Positions 8,574 to 16,346 of a DNA stretch of 32,000 nt are shown one piece after another. The stretch is from Candidatus Saccharimonadota bacterium. Its GTDB lineage: Bacteria > Patescibacteriota > Microgenomatia > UBA1406 > GWC2-37-13. Below the pieces are notes generated by a model. That model was not told the DNA's origin, did not search any database, and worked only from the letters and a program-made list of their open reading frames with translations. The DNA is taken from NCBI GenBank assembly GCA_016699265.1, contig CP064967.1, positions 780,001 through 812,000 of the forward strand. The letters run 5' to 3'. The first letter of the stretch is position 1; every line of letters begins with the position of its first letter. A program made the translations under genes and the position numbers.

Positions 8574-9514
8574 GACAGCCCTGTTGGTGGCAAAAATTTA
8601 ACGTTCTCGACCTTCACAATAAGCTCTTTCATCTTGGTATCCTCATCGCTTAACGCTTTCACTACATCTAACACCACATCCTCAGGAGCTGAGGCACCTG
8701 CAGTTATGCCAACGTTTTTAACGTTGCTAAACCATCCCTGCTCGAGTTGGTCGGGTCCATCAATGAGATATGCGGGAATACCCTCTTTTTTTGCTGTCTC
8801 TCTTAACTGTACCGAATTTGAGCTTTCTGGAGATCCTATAACAATTACAACATCTACTTCTTTTGCCATCGCTTTCACAGCGACCTGTCTGTTCTGAGTT
8901 GCATAACAGATGTCAAAGGCTGGAGGTCGAATCATTGTGGGAAAATGTTCCTGGAGACTATTCAAGATTTCTTTCGTGTCATCAAAACTCAGCGTTGTCT
9001 GAGTTAGTACAATTAATTTCTCGGTCTGTGGAGGCATGATCTTTCTCGCCTCCTCAGCGGACTCAACGAGTACGATTGATTCTGTTGGTACGTTGCCCAT
9101 GACGCCTATGGGCTCTGGGTGTCCTTTGTGCCCTACATAAAAAATAAAATAACCATCGCTTGCGTATTTTTTGGCCTCTATATGAACTTTTAAAACTAGA
9201 GGGCAGGTGGCATCATACAACTTAAATTTTTTCTTCTTTGCTGTTTTGAAGAAGTTCGGTGGACTTCCATGCGCACTAAAGACAACCGTTGCTCCGTCTG
9301 GTATTTCATTCAATTCCTCAACAAAGATTGCGCCTTTTTTTTCAAAACGTTCGACAATGGTTCTGTTATGGACAATTGCATGTCGTGCGTAGACAGGCGC
9401 TCCGTGTAATTTCAGAACTTCATCAAGCGCATTCACTGCTCGCGCAACTCCTGCACAGAAGCCACGAGGGCCCGCAAGATAAATTCCTTCAACTTTTGGA
9501 GTAGTTTTAAGCAT
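8570..9514 (-). CDS. ispH: 4-hydroxy-3-methylbut-2-enyl diphosphate reductase
   Basis: LytB family with three Fe-S cysteines in GFCAGV, ATCPLV and DICYATQNRQ, plus HGSPP and TAGASAPE. Start set at ATG 9514 (MLKTTPKVEGIYLAG), which overlaps the upstream TAA (ATGCTTAA). Confidence 0.9.
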   Translation of the reverse strand: MLKTTPKVEGIYLAGPRGFCAGVARAVNALDEVLKLHGAPVYARHAIVHNRTIVERFEKKGAIFVEELNEIPDGATVVFSAHGSPPNFFKTAKKKKFKLYDATCPLVLKVHIEAKKYASDGYFIFYVGHKGHPEPIGVMGNVPTESIVLVESAEEARKIMPPQTEKLIVLTQTTLSFDDTKEILNSLQEHFPTMIRPPAFDICYATQNRQVAVKAMAKEVDVVIVIGSPESSNSVQLRETAKKEGIPAYLIDGPDQLEQGWFSNVKNVGITAGASAPEDVVLDVVKALSDEDTKMKELIVKVENVKFLPPTGLS

Positions 9515-10187
9515 GAAGATCTTTAAGTCGAATATCAAATACGAATCCTGGGTTTTGTGGCCTAAACTCAACTGGTTTTAATGCAGTTAGAGGAGGTTGA
9601 AAGAAGCCGCCATCCATCGCTTTTTTAAAGATATCTTGCGTACAGGGTCTAAAGTCCTCAGGATCACCATTGAGAATTTCTCCTAGTGGCATTATCCTCC
9701 AACCTTGAACCTCTGGAGTACTTACGTCTTGAGTCATCCAAGGAAATCCTTGGTCCGACCACAGTACGAGAATAAAAGCTTTGTAGCCTTCACGAACTCC
9801 GTTTTTAATTCTATGCGTTTCGGTCGGAATCAACATTCTATTAGAATCTGCGAAAAGTGGGGTTTCAACAACATCAATGAGAAGTTCATCGGCTAAGCAC
9901 CGTCTTACAGTATCATCAAAAGTTTCAGGATTCCAAGACTCGTCACGTTTCATCGTTTCTTTTGGGTGTGTTAACTGTCCGGCTCTAGTCTTGGCTGTCT
10001 CGGCACATACCTCGAATAAAAAAACTGGACCGCCAGTAGCTGGATCCGTAGCTCCAATTAAAATATCCAGACCAACCGAGTCATACCCTGCAGTTTTTAA
10101 CTCTGGCAGGGTGTGTGGGAAATCAGGAAGAAATACTCGTTTTTCATCAACCATTTCACGCGCCGGTCTTCTTTCAGTGATTGTCAT
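9507..10187 (-). CDS. hypothetical protein, possibly a divergent Nudix/IDI-type fold
   Basis: Long ORF tightly coupled on both sides. The segment AGQLTHPKETMKRDES..DDTVRRCLADELLI resembles a Nudix box with an insertion and substituted glutamates. No confident family assignment. Confidence 0.5.
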   Translation of the reverse strand: MTITERRPAREMVDEKRVFLPDFPHTLPELKTAGYDSVGLDILIGATDPATGGPVFLFEVCAETAKTRAGQLTHPKETMKRDESWNPETFDDTVRRCLADELLIDVVETPLFADSNRMLIPTETHRIKNGVREGYKAFILVLWSDQGFPWMTQDVSTPEVQGWRIMPLGEILNGDPEDFRPCTQDIFKKAMDGGFFQPPLTALKPVEFRPQNPGFVFDIRLKDLHA

Positions 10188-10190
10188 AGG

Positions 10191-10646
10191 TTATACTCCC
10201 ATAGCTTGAATAAATACTTCTCTGTTCCTACTACAGTCAAGCTCTATTGCGAAAATTCGTTGCCACGTGCCAAGCATTAATTTGCCCTCAATTATTGGCA
10301 AAAACTCTGACGTTCCCATAAATAAGTGACCGATATGTGAATGCGCATTTAAGCAGTCTGAGGCGTTTGGATCGCAGACTAAGTTCTCGGTTCTCACACT
10401 CAGATCGTTGTGGCGGTAATAATTATCCTTGGGTATAAGCTTAGATATAAAGTCTTTAAAGTCGGCGATTAGTCCAGACTCCCGCTCGTTTACTCTGATG
10501 GTTAGAGTTGTATGTTTGGAGTGAATACTCACAACTCCATCCTTTATTCCTGTTTTTTTGAGAAATTTCTCAATCTTTTCAGTAATATCGATAAATTCAC
10601 AAAACTCCTTCGTCCTAATTTTAATTGTATCTCTATGTACATTCAT
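10191..10646 (-). CDS. yjbQ: YjbQ/UPF0047 family protein (secondary thiamine-phosphate synthase-like)
   Basis: HSKHTTLTIRVNE, NAHSHIGHLFMGTSEFLPI and LMLGTWQRIFAIELD..R.REV are family signatures. ATG 10646 is chosen; the TTG at 10673 is an alternative start. Confidence 0.7.
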   Translation of the reverse strand: MNVHRDTIKIRTKEFCEFIDITEKIEKFLKKTGIKDGVVSIHSKHTTLTIRVNERESGLIADFKDFISKLIPKDNYYRHNDLSVRTENLVCDPNASDCLNAHSHIGHLFMGTSEFLPIIEGKLMLGTWQRIFAIELDCSRNREVFIQAMGV

Positions 10647-10684
10647 ACTATATGAGTCGTGGCTAGCGACCAAATCATTCGCGA

Positions 10685-11278
10685 CTAGATGAACGGAACT
10701 TTAGACAATCCAAGGGTCAGACCGAAGTAGCTGAGAATAGCTATAAATCCTATATAAAAAATGAGTGCAATCATTGTTGAGTAAAACCCAAGCTTGAGTG
10801 AAAATCTGATTGCCAGATAGCTCAATATTATCTTCCATAAGAGCAACGATAATGAAAAGCTTACATACAGTACGCTAAATACTTTTCCCTGAAGGGACTG
10901 TGTACGTGGTGGAGGTAGGAGATAGAGTAATACCAAACTCATATAAAACCATATTGTGGTGGGTAAAAGACCATAACTAAATGTAAAGAGCATGCTCGAA
11001 ATCTTTATCTTCTTTTTCAAACTTATTCCAACCGCAAGCATAAAAAGAATCGTACTAACGAATAGCACTATAAAAGTTAAGATCTTAACAAGACCTACTG
11101 TTAAAAAATACGTGACGAGAAAGAAGGCTATCCAGAAAATCTGTAACTTATCGGTCTCTAGACTTATCTTTCGCATGGTCCTATATGGAGTGAGGATTAG
11201 TAAAATACTCCGACGTAGGACAATAAGAAATGACGCAACAAAAGAAGAGATCTTCGAAAATCTGAATTTAGATACCAT
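10685..11278 (-). CDS. polytopic membrane protein (possibly Yip1-like)
   Basis: Five to six hydrophobic helices. ATG 11278 is preferred over TTG 11296. It overlaps the preceding small gene by 11 nt. Confidence 0.5.
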   Translation of the reverse strand: MVSKFRFSKISSFVASFLIVLRRSILLILTPYRTMRKISLETDKLQIFWIAFFLVTYFLTVGLVKILTFIVLFVSTILFMLAVGISLKKKIKISSMLFTFSYGLLPTTIWFYMSLVLLYLLPPPRTQSLQGKVFSVLYVSFSLSLLLWKIILSYLAIRFSLKLGFYSTMIALIFYIGFIAILSYFGLTLGLSKVPFI

Positions 11279-11495
11279 TCTGGAGTAAGGTGGCAATTTT
11301 CACGACGGACAATCCAAAAACCAAAGAGATTCCCACAATTACCATTACCGAAATGGGTACTAGATACAAAAAAGGCATTATCTTTAGTCGCCCGCTTACT
11401 CTTTTATAGATCTTGGTGAGAGTTGGATTGCCAAGATCACTTGGGTCCACAATAAATGACTCGTGGTATTTATGTTTTAAATAGGCAAAGTTCAT
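11268..11495 (-). CDS. small single-TM protein, candidate anti-sigma partner
   Basis: The ATG overlaps the sigma-factor TGA (ATGA, 11492-11495). A cytoplasmic segment of about 40 aa precedes one TM helix (IMPFLYLVPISVMVIVGISLVFGL). No recognisable ZAS/RskA motif. Confidence 0.4.
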   Translation of the reverse strand: MNFAYLKHKYHESFIVDPSDLGNPTLTKIYKRVSGRLKIMPFLYLVPISVMVIVGISLVFGLSVVKIATLLQNGI

Positions 11496-12049
11496 GTTGA
11501 TTTTTTATATAGATTAATAAAGGCTTTCCGAGCTCTATAGAGTAAACTTTCCGTAGCCTTAAAGCTTAGCGACATTTCCTGAGCTATCCGCTCAACTTGA
11601 TAGCCCTCCATATACTTGAGTCGTATGATGAGCTTATAATCATTCGGTAGTTTTTGAATTACGGTCTCTATTTTTTGACCTAGCTCATTTTTCTCTATTT
11701 CATCATCGATTAAAATCGTTTTTATACGCTCGAGAATAAATGGGGGTATAGCAGAGAAAAGAACACGCTTAATCTTTTGCTTGCGAATGTAGTCGATCGC
11801 CTTATAGTTAGCTATGGTAAAGAGGTATGTTTGTAGCGAAGCAGTTTTTTTGTATCCTCTAAGTGCATCGAATAACTCAATAAAAACATCCTGCACAACT
11901 TCTTGGGCAACCTCGTTGCTTCTTAATTTCTTGTAAACGAAATTATGTAGCTTTTTCTCGTATCTATGGACTAGTTCGCGTAAAGCAGAATCGTTTTTTT
12001 GCAGGAGAAGATCAACTAGCTCCAGATCAGAAACACTTTGTAGTTTCAT
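11492..12049 (-). CDS. RNA polymerase sigma factor, ECF (sigma-70 regions 2 and 4 only)
   Basis: Region 2 is QEVVQDVFIELFDAL...YLFTIANYKAIDYIRK; region 4 is LPNDYKLIIRLKYMEGYQVERIAQEMSLSFKATESLLYRARKAF. ATG 12049 is preceded by TGATATAAT 6 nt upstream; GTG 12055 is an alternative start. Confidence 0.8.
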   Translation of the reverse strand: MKLQSVSDLELVDLLLQKNDSALRELVHRYEKKLHNFVYKKLRSNEVAQEVVQDVFIELFDALRGYKKTASLQTYLFTIANYKAIDYIRKQKIKRVLFSAIPPFILERIKTILIDDEIEKNELGQKIETVIQKLPNDYKLIIRLKYMEGYQVERIAQEMSLSFKATESLLYRARKAFINLYKKST

Positions 12050-12061
12050 ACGCACATTATA

Positions 12062-13702
12062 TCATTTCAGGTCTATCTTGAATATCTTGGAGCCTTGTAG
12101 CGCGTAAGCTGATCCATTGAACACCTCAACGCTTGTTGCCTTTGTTAAGGCAGACGACTCTATCGTTTTTTTGTAATCTCCCCCTTTTGATAAAATTACT
12201 ACACTCCCATGTGATCTATCCCAAATGTAGAGATCGTCTACATCGCTTCCTGTGATAACTCGTGCAATAGTTGGACCATCGTTAGGATAGGTTGGATTAA
12301 ATCCGTCCTGAAGTCCAGCTGTGTACTTTGTGATTAGTTTCGTTTGTGCAACGAAGATAGACTGATCTATAGCAAACGAGGTTGCATTCTGAGCATATGC
12401 ACCAGACTTAAAATATGAAGAGCGTGTGGCAAATCCATCATCGGTCGGGATGTATTTATAAATCTGACCCTTATAGCTATCTAAGAGATAGATGTTTTTG
12501 TTGAAGACCTTCAGATCTGCAATGTTTCCCCAGTCTTTGTCTAGTTTTATTGCAACTATGGGTTTTGCAGCTTCTGGGTCCATTTTTATCACACCTTTAC
12601 CTTTCCTATACGTGTACACTACAGAGTCATCAAGTCCGGCTAGACTACTTCCGACCAAGGCGGGAGATGATCGTGCTTCGAGAGTTTTTTTCTCGAGAGA
12701 CAAGATGTAAACGGCTCCTTTAGGATTTACGATCACGACCTTATCATCATATCTCCACATCATGGTTCCGGTAGCGCCCTTCTCCTCAAGACCTAAGTCG
12801 ATAAACTCCTCAGCCTTCTTTACGTTCTTCTGGAGGATGTTCTTCTCTGTTTCTTCAATTTTATTCGACAGCACTTCTATCTCATTTTTATGTGTACTGT
12901 GGAGTTTAGATTCCAGATTTTTCAGATCCTGTTTAGCTTCGGACAGAAGTGCTACCGATCGTCCTGAGTTTAGCTCAAATACGTCCTGCGCCTGCTCTAG
13001 TTTCTGCGAAATCAACTCACTCATTTTTGCAAGGTTCTGCCTGTCCTCCTGCGCTGTCTTATTCGTGTAACTTCGGATAATACTTATAGACAAGAGCACC
13101 CCTATAACCAGAACGGCAAGAAGAACTAATGGTCTTCTTCCACTCAAACGATCTTTTATTGTCTTGCTAAAATTTCCCACCTGAGATCGCGCCATGATCT
13201 TGACCTCCGGTGAAGCTACTCGTTCCTCAGACCGCTCTTCTGTCCCAAACTCTATATGTACGCAGTTGTCTAAATTAGTAAAGGGATCCTTTCCACCAAT
13301 TGAAAGAGCGATCTCATCGCCTTGCTCAATTTTTCCCGATGCAAATGCTCCGTGACTTACTAAGGGCACTGTTCTCACATCTCGTCTTAGCACGACCGTA
13401 CCTTCACCATAGGTCTTAAGATAAACCACGGTGTCCTGTCGAAAAAGACAGGCGATTGAAAAAGAAAGAGGCAGGTTTGCGGTCCGAAATGCATCGGAGA
13501 CCACTCCATCAAACTCCGTCGCATTATGAAAGGAAGAAGAGGTCACAAACTCGCTTAAGAAATGACAGTATCGTCCCAACACCTCAGCATCACGCTCCTC
13601 AGGAATCATCAAGAGAATCGAAAAACCATTATCCTCCTTAAAGATGCTTATGCCGCTTTCCTGATCGTGATTAAGATGGGCTCTTACTCGAGAAGTGATC
13701 AT
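12062..13702 (-). CDS. single-pass membrane protein: degenerate PP2C-like N-domain / TM / coiled coil / beta-propeller-like repeats
   Basis: TM helix LVLLAVLVIGVLLSISII near residue 200, followed by a K/E/Q-rich heptad region. C-terminal repeats IYLLDSYKGQIYKY, LYIWDRSHGSVVIL and AYALQGSKIFKI. The domain calls are judged by eye only. Confidence 0.65.
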   Translation of the reverse strand: MITSRVRAHLNHDQESGISIFKEDNGFSILLMIPEERDAEVLGRYCHFLSEFVTSSSFHNATEFDGVVSDAFRTANLPLSFSIACLFRQDTVVYLKTYGEGTVVLRRDVRTVPLVSHGAFASGKIEQGDEIALSIGGKDPFTNLDNCVHIEFGTEERSEERVASPEVKIMARSQVGNFSKTIKDRLSGRRPLVLLAVLVIGVLLSISIIRSYTNKTAQEDRQNLAKMSELISQKLEQAQDVFELNSGRSVALLSEAKQDLKNLESKLHSTHKNEIEVLSNKIEETEKNILQKNVKKAEEFIDLGLEEKGATGTMMWRYDDKVVIVNPKGAVYILSLEKKTLEARSSPALVGSSLAGLDDSVVYTYRKGKGVIKMDPEAAKPIVAIKLDKDWGNIADLKVFNKNIYLLDSYKGQIYKYIPTDDGFATRSSYFKSGAYAQNATSFAIDQSIFVAQTKLITKYTAGLQDGFNPTYPNDGPTIARVITGSDVDDLYIWDRSHGSVVILSKGGDYKKTIESSALTKATSVEVFNGSAYALQGSKIFKIDLK

Positions 13703-13704
13703 TA

Positions 13705-13941
13705 TTAGATGATACCAAAGCTGAGGAGTATAAGGAAGATCGCAAGAAAAACCTGAATGATTGAAATAAATCGAATTGCGGTACCACCAGTCTCCTCGAT
13801 CGCGCGCAACATGAGCCTAGATTGTCTGAGTACAATAAAGGCATAAATAAGGTACAGGATACTAATAACGATTGCGAATAATTTAAAAAGTAGATCGAAT
13901 ATCGATCTGTTAGTTGAAAATAAGTTTAGTAATTCCTGCAT
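13705..13941 (-). CDS. small two-TM membrane protein
   Basis: Two hydrophobic helices. The gene lies 2 nt after the stop of the upstream gene and 2 nt before the 546-aa gene. Confidence 0.5.
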   Translation of the reverse strand: MQELLNLFSTNRSIFDLLFKLFAIVISILYLIYAFIVLRQSRLMLRAIEETGGTAIRFISIIQVFLAIFLILLSFGII

Positions 13942-13942
13942 T

Positions 13943-14482
13943 TTATCGCATTATACTGTTAATAATCTTTACAACATCGCTTGGCCTAGGAATTGCTATG
14001 AACTCAATGTTGAGCTCATTTCCAGCGGTCTGAACATATACATTTCCAAAGTTAAATAATGACGCTATGTATCCTCCTGACTTTGCAGTTATGTCTTCCA
14101 CTTTATTAATTCTTGCCTCGGTAATTTCCTTATAAATAACTGCATGGAAATCCACATCAACAATTCGGTGATTTGTCACAATCCCAACATTGAAAAAATA
14201 TGATAAAAAGTTAAACCAGTAATAACCGAATACGAAGGCCACTACACCTATATTAAGTATAAAAAGTTGCCCGGTGCTAAATACTTGCGATGCAACTATA
14301 TTTACAAATATGAGTAGGATTATGAGAAAAATTCCGTTTAATATCCAAGGAAGCTGAGTGATTGGATGAGCTCGAAGTACGAGAAAGATTTCTTCCTTAT
14401 CCATCTGGGTTTCAAACTTGGCTTTTGGACGAATACAAAACGAATGTAGGAGGGAGTGAGAAGGAATCTTTAAATCTTCCAT
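13943..14482 (-). CDS. membrane protein with bacterial PH (bPH_2/YdbS-like) domain
   Basis: Two TM helices are followed by HRIVDVDF...ITAKSGGYIASLFNFGNVYVQTAG..LNIEFIAIPRPSDV, as in bPH_2. A TATAAT box lies 6 nt upstream of the ATG. Confidence 0.6.
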   Translation of the reverse strand: MEDLKIPSHSLLHSFCIRPKAKFETQMDKEEIFLVLRAHPITQLPWILNGIFLIILLIFVNIVASQVFSTGQLFILNIGVVAFVFGYYWFNFLSYFFNVGIVTNHRIVDVDFHAVIYKEITEARINKVEDITAKSGGYIASLFNFGNVYVQTAGNELNIEFIAIPRPSDVVKIINSIMR

Positions 14483-14501
14483 TTCCTAATTATAAACAAT
14501 T

Positions 14502-14510
14502 TGATATAAT
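14502..14510 (+). promoter_or_regulatory. extended -10 promoter (TGATATAAT) of the 5S rRNA gene
   Basis: TGnTATAAT ends 6 nt before the first base of 5S helix I. It lies back-to-back with the minus-strand TATAAT at 14489-14494. Confidence 0.55.
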
Positions 14511-14516
14511 AGTGCT

Positions 14517-14640
14517 TGTCCTGGTTGCTTGAGCGGTTTGGAACCACCTCTTCCCATCCCGAACAGAGAAGTGAAACGAACCAGCGCCAATGATACTCAC
14601 TCCAAAGCGGAGCTGGGGAAAGTCGGTCGTAGCCAGGACA
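14517..14640 (+). rRNA. rrf: 5S ribosomal RNA
   Basis: The 5' end TGTCCTGGT pairs with the 3' end GCCAGGACA (helix I). Conserved loop sequences CCCATCCCGAAC, GAAGTGAAAC and AGCGCCAATGATAC are present. A T7 run follows at 14641-14647. Confidence 0.85.
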
Positions 14641-14645
14641 TTTTT

Positions 14646-15170
14646 TTAAAATAACTTCTTGTTCTTAAAAAGAACTTTCTTTGGTACCTCGAATAACTTC
14701 TGATCGATGGTCGAGACTTCCTTACATGCTGTTGAAAGTTCTCCAACCTGTGGATAGAGTTTTTTCAGAGAATCATTGCTCGCAAGCTGTGATACAAATG
14801 GTAGATAGGACTTGAGTCCACAGGACCTGTCACCTCCACTACTTCCTTCATTCCACCGATATAAACAGTCACCATCGAAGATGATTCTGCTCCTTTTTTT
14901 ATTCTCAATAAGCGTTGCAGTGATCTTTGAATCATCAATGTAGGCAGTTGCTGAAGTTATGGAACATTTTACTTTTTTATTTACTCCAAATAACGAAGCG
15001 ATTGAAACCTCCTTTGATGACTGTGGCACCGCTGATAAAGAAGAATTTGCGGAGATTTGTTTTTTTATTACCTGTTTAGGTTGCGGCCAAAAAAACCAGA
15101 CTAAGACGATCGCTGCTAAAGGCAGGATAACCTTCCAACGAGTAAAAAAAGAAATAATTTTTTTATCCAT
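14646..15170 (-). CDS. secreted/anchored hypothetical protein (4 Cys)
   Basis: N-terminal TM/signal anchor WKVILPLAAIVLVWFFW. It overlaps the DUF2130 stop by 8 nt. No family recognised. Confidence 0.5.
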   Translation of the reverse strand: MDKKIISFFTRWKVILPLAAIVLVWFFWPQPKQVIKKQISANSSLSAVPQSSKEVSIASLFGVNKKVKCSITSATAYIDDSKITATLIENKKRSRIIFDGDCLYRWNEGSSGGDRSCGLKSYLPFVSQLASNDSLKKLYPQVGELSTACKEVSTIDQKLFEVPKKVLFKNKKLF

Positions 15171-16273
15171 GTACTTCAGTCTCCTCTCCGCTTTCCAAGG
15201 TTAAAACATCATCGTCCAATTTTACGCCTGTAATTGCCTCAAGCTCACCCTGAATACTTGCATTGTTGTTCAAAATTGCAGAAATAAGTTTTTCTTCTTT
15301 TGCCCATTTCTTAGTGAAGTAGCGCTTTTCTACCTCTATATCGTCTTTTCTCTCAGCAAATGCATCCGCTACCGCTTCCATTCTATTGCGAAACTGAACA
15401 CTGTGAACATATTGGAATAATAAATCTTTTTCTGTGACATATCTATTGCTCCGGCCTTTGCGCCTGCTACCATCAAGAGCATCGTTCGTAGAAATGTTGC
15501 AGAGCCAATAATCGAGTCGTAGTCGGCAACCCATATCCCTCATGTCTTCCTGAGCTTTTTATTCCTGCAGGTAAATTGTTCGTAATTAAAATCGCCTCAT
15601 CGGCACCAACACTTCGTTTATCCTCTTTTAGTTTTGAAGACCAGTCATTGCTCCATGACTTTGTACGTTTTGACTCCCATATAATCTTCCCAGCAACACT
15701 TCCTCTATTATTTTTAACGATCTGAATCACGTCTGCGCCTCGTATTCCTTTTGGCACAGGCTGTATCTCATCGTAGATAAATAGTGATTTGAGAGTGGTC
15801 TCAAGGAACTCCTCGAGCACCTCACCCTGAGTCTGCTGTGACCCTTGTTGAAGTTTACGCTCCATATCCTTTAACGCCATCGATTGTTCCTGCATTTTTT
15901 TTTGCATTTCTAGAAATTTGAGACTTTGTTCCTCCTCAACCTTTTTACGAGCATCGAGTCTAATCTTTTCTTCCTCTTGCTGAAGTTTTTTTTGCATTTC
16001 AAGATCCTTGTCCTCGAGTAGTTTTTTCAGTTCTCTTTCCTTTTTATTGTTCTCAAGAAGTTCTTCCTGTAGTTTTCGTTTTTCTACTCTCAACTCCTCT
16101 GTTTCATTTTGTTTGTCCTTCAACTTAATTGACGTTTCCTCCTCAACCTCTTTACGTAACCTGGCTTCCTCATTTTTACGAAACTTAGCTCGCTCCTCAT
16201 CTAATTGATGTCGCATTCCCTCCTCAGGAAGGAATGATTTTTTACAGTGAGGGCATATTATTTGGTTGTTCAT
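15163..16273 (-). pseudogene. DUF2130 family protein (zinc-ribbon / coiled coil / DUF2130 core), disrupted by two frameshifts
   Basis: The start is MNNQIICPHCKKSF (ATG 16273), followed by a K/E coiled coil and the core GADVIQIVKNNRGSVAGKIIWESKRTKSWSNDW. The conserved continuation GIWVADYDSIIGSATFLRTMLLMVAGAKAGAIDMSQKK is in a third frame (shift at GGG; + strand CCC 15537-15539). The following DLLFQYVHSVQFRNRMEAVADAF...KKWAKEEK is in the frame of ORF 15163-15543 (shift at A5; + strand T5 15427-15431). Confidence 0.7.
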
Positions 16274-16346
16274 ACTCACGATTATATCGTATTCTTGACT
16301 CGTTCGCAGATACACTGAGCTAGTCGAAGTGTACTATACTGGAAAG

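Noticed and set aside
9507-10187. Horizontal transfer of the 226-aa orphan (and of the 28181-29191 gene), suggested by seemingly higher G+C.
   Set aside because: The difference is only an impression by eye. I cannot compute composition or codon statistics reliably here, and the gene is translationally coupled to its neighbours.
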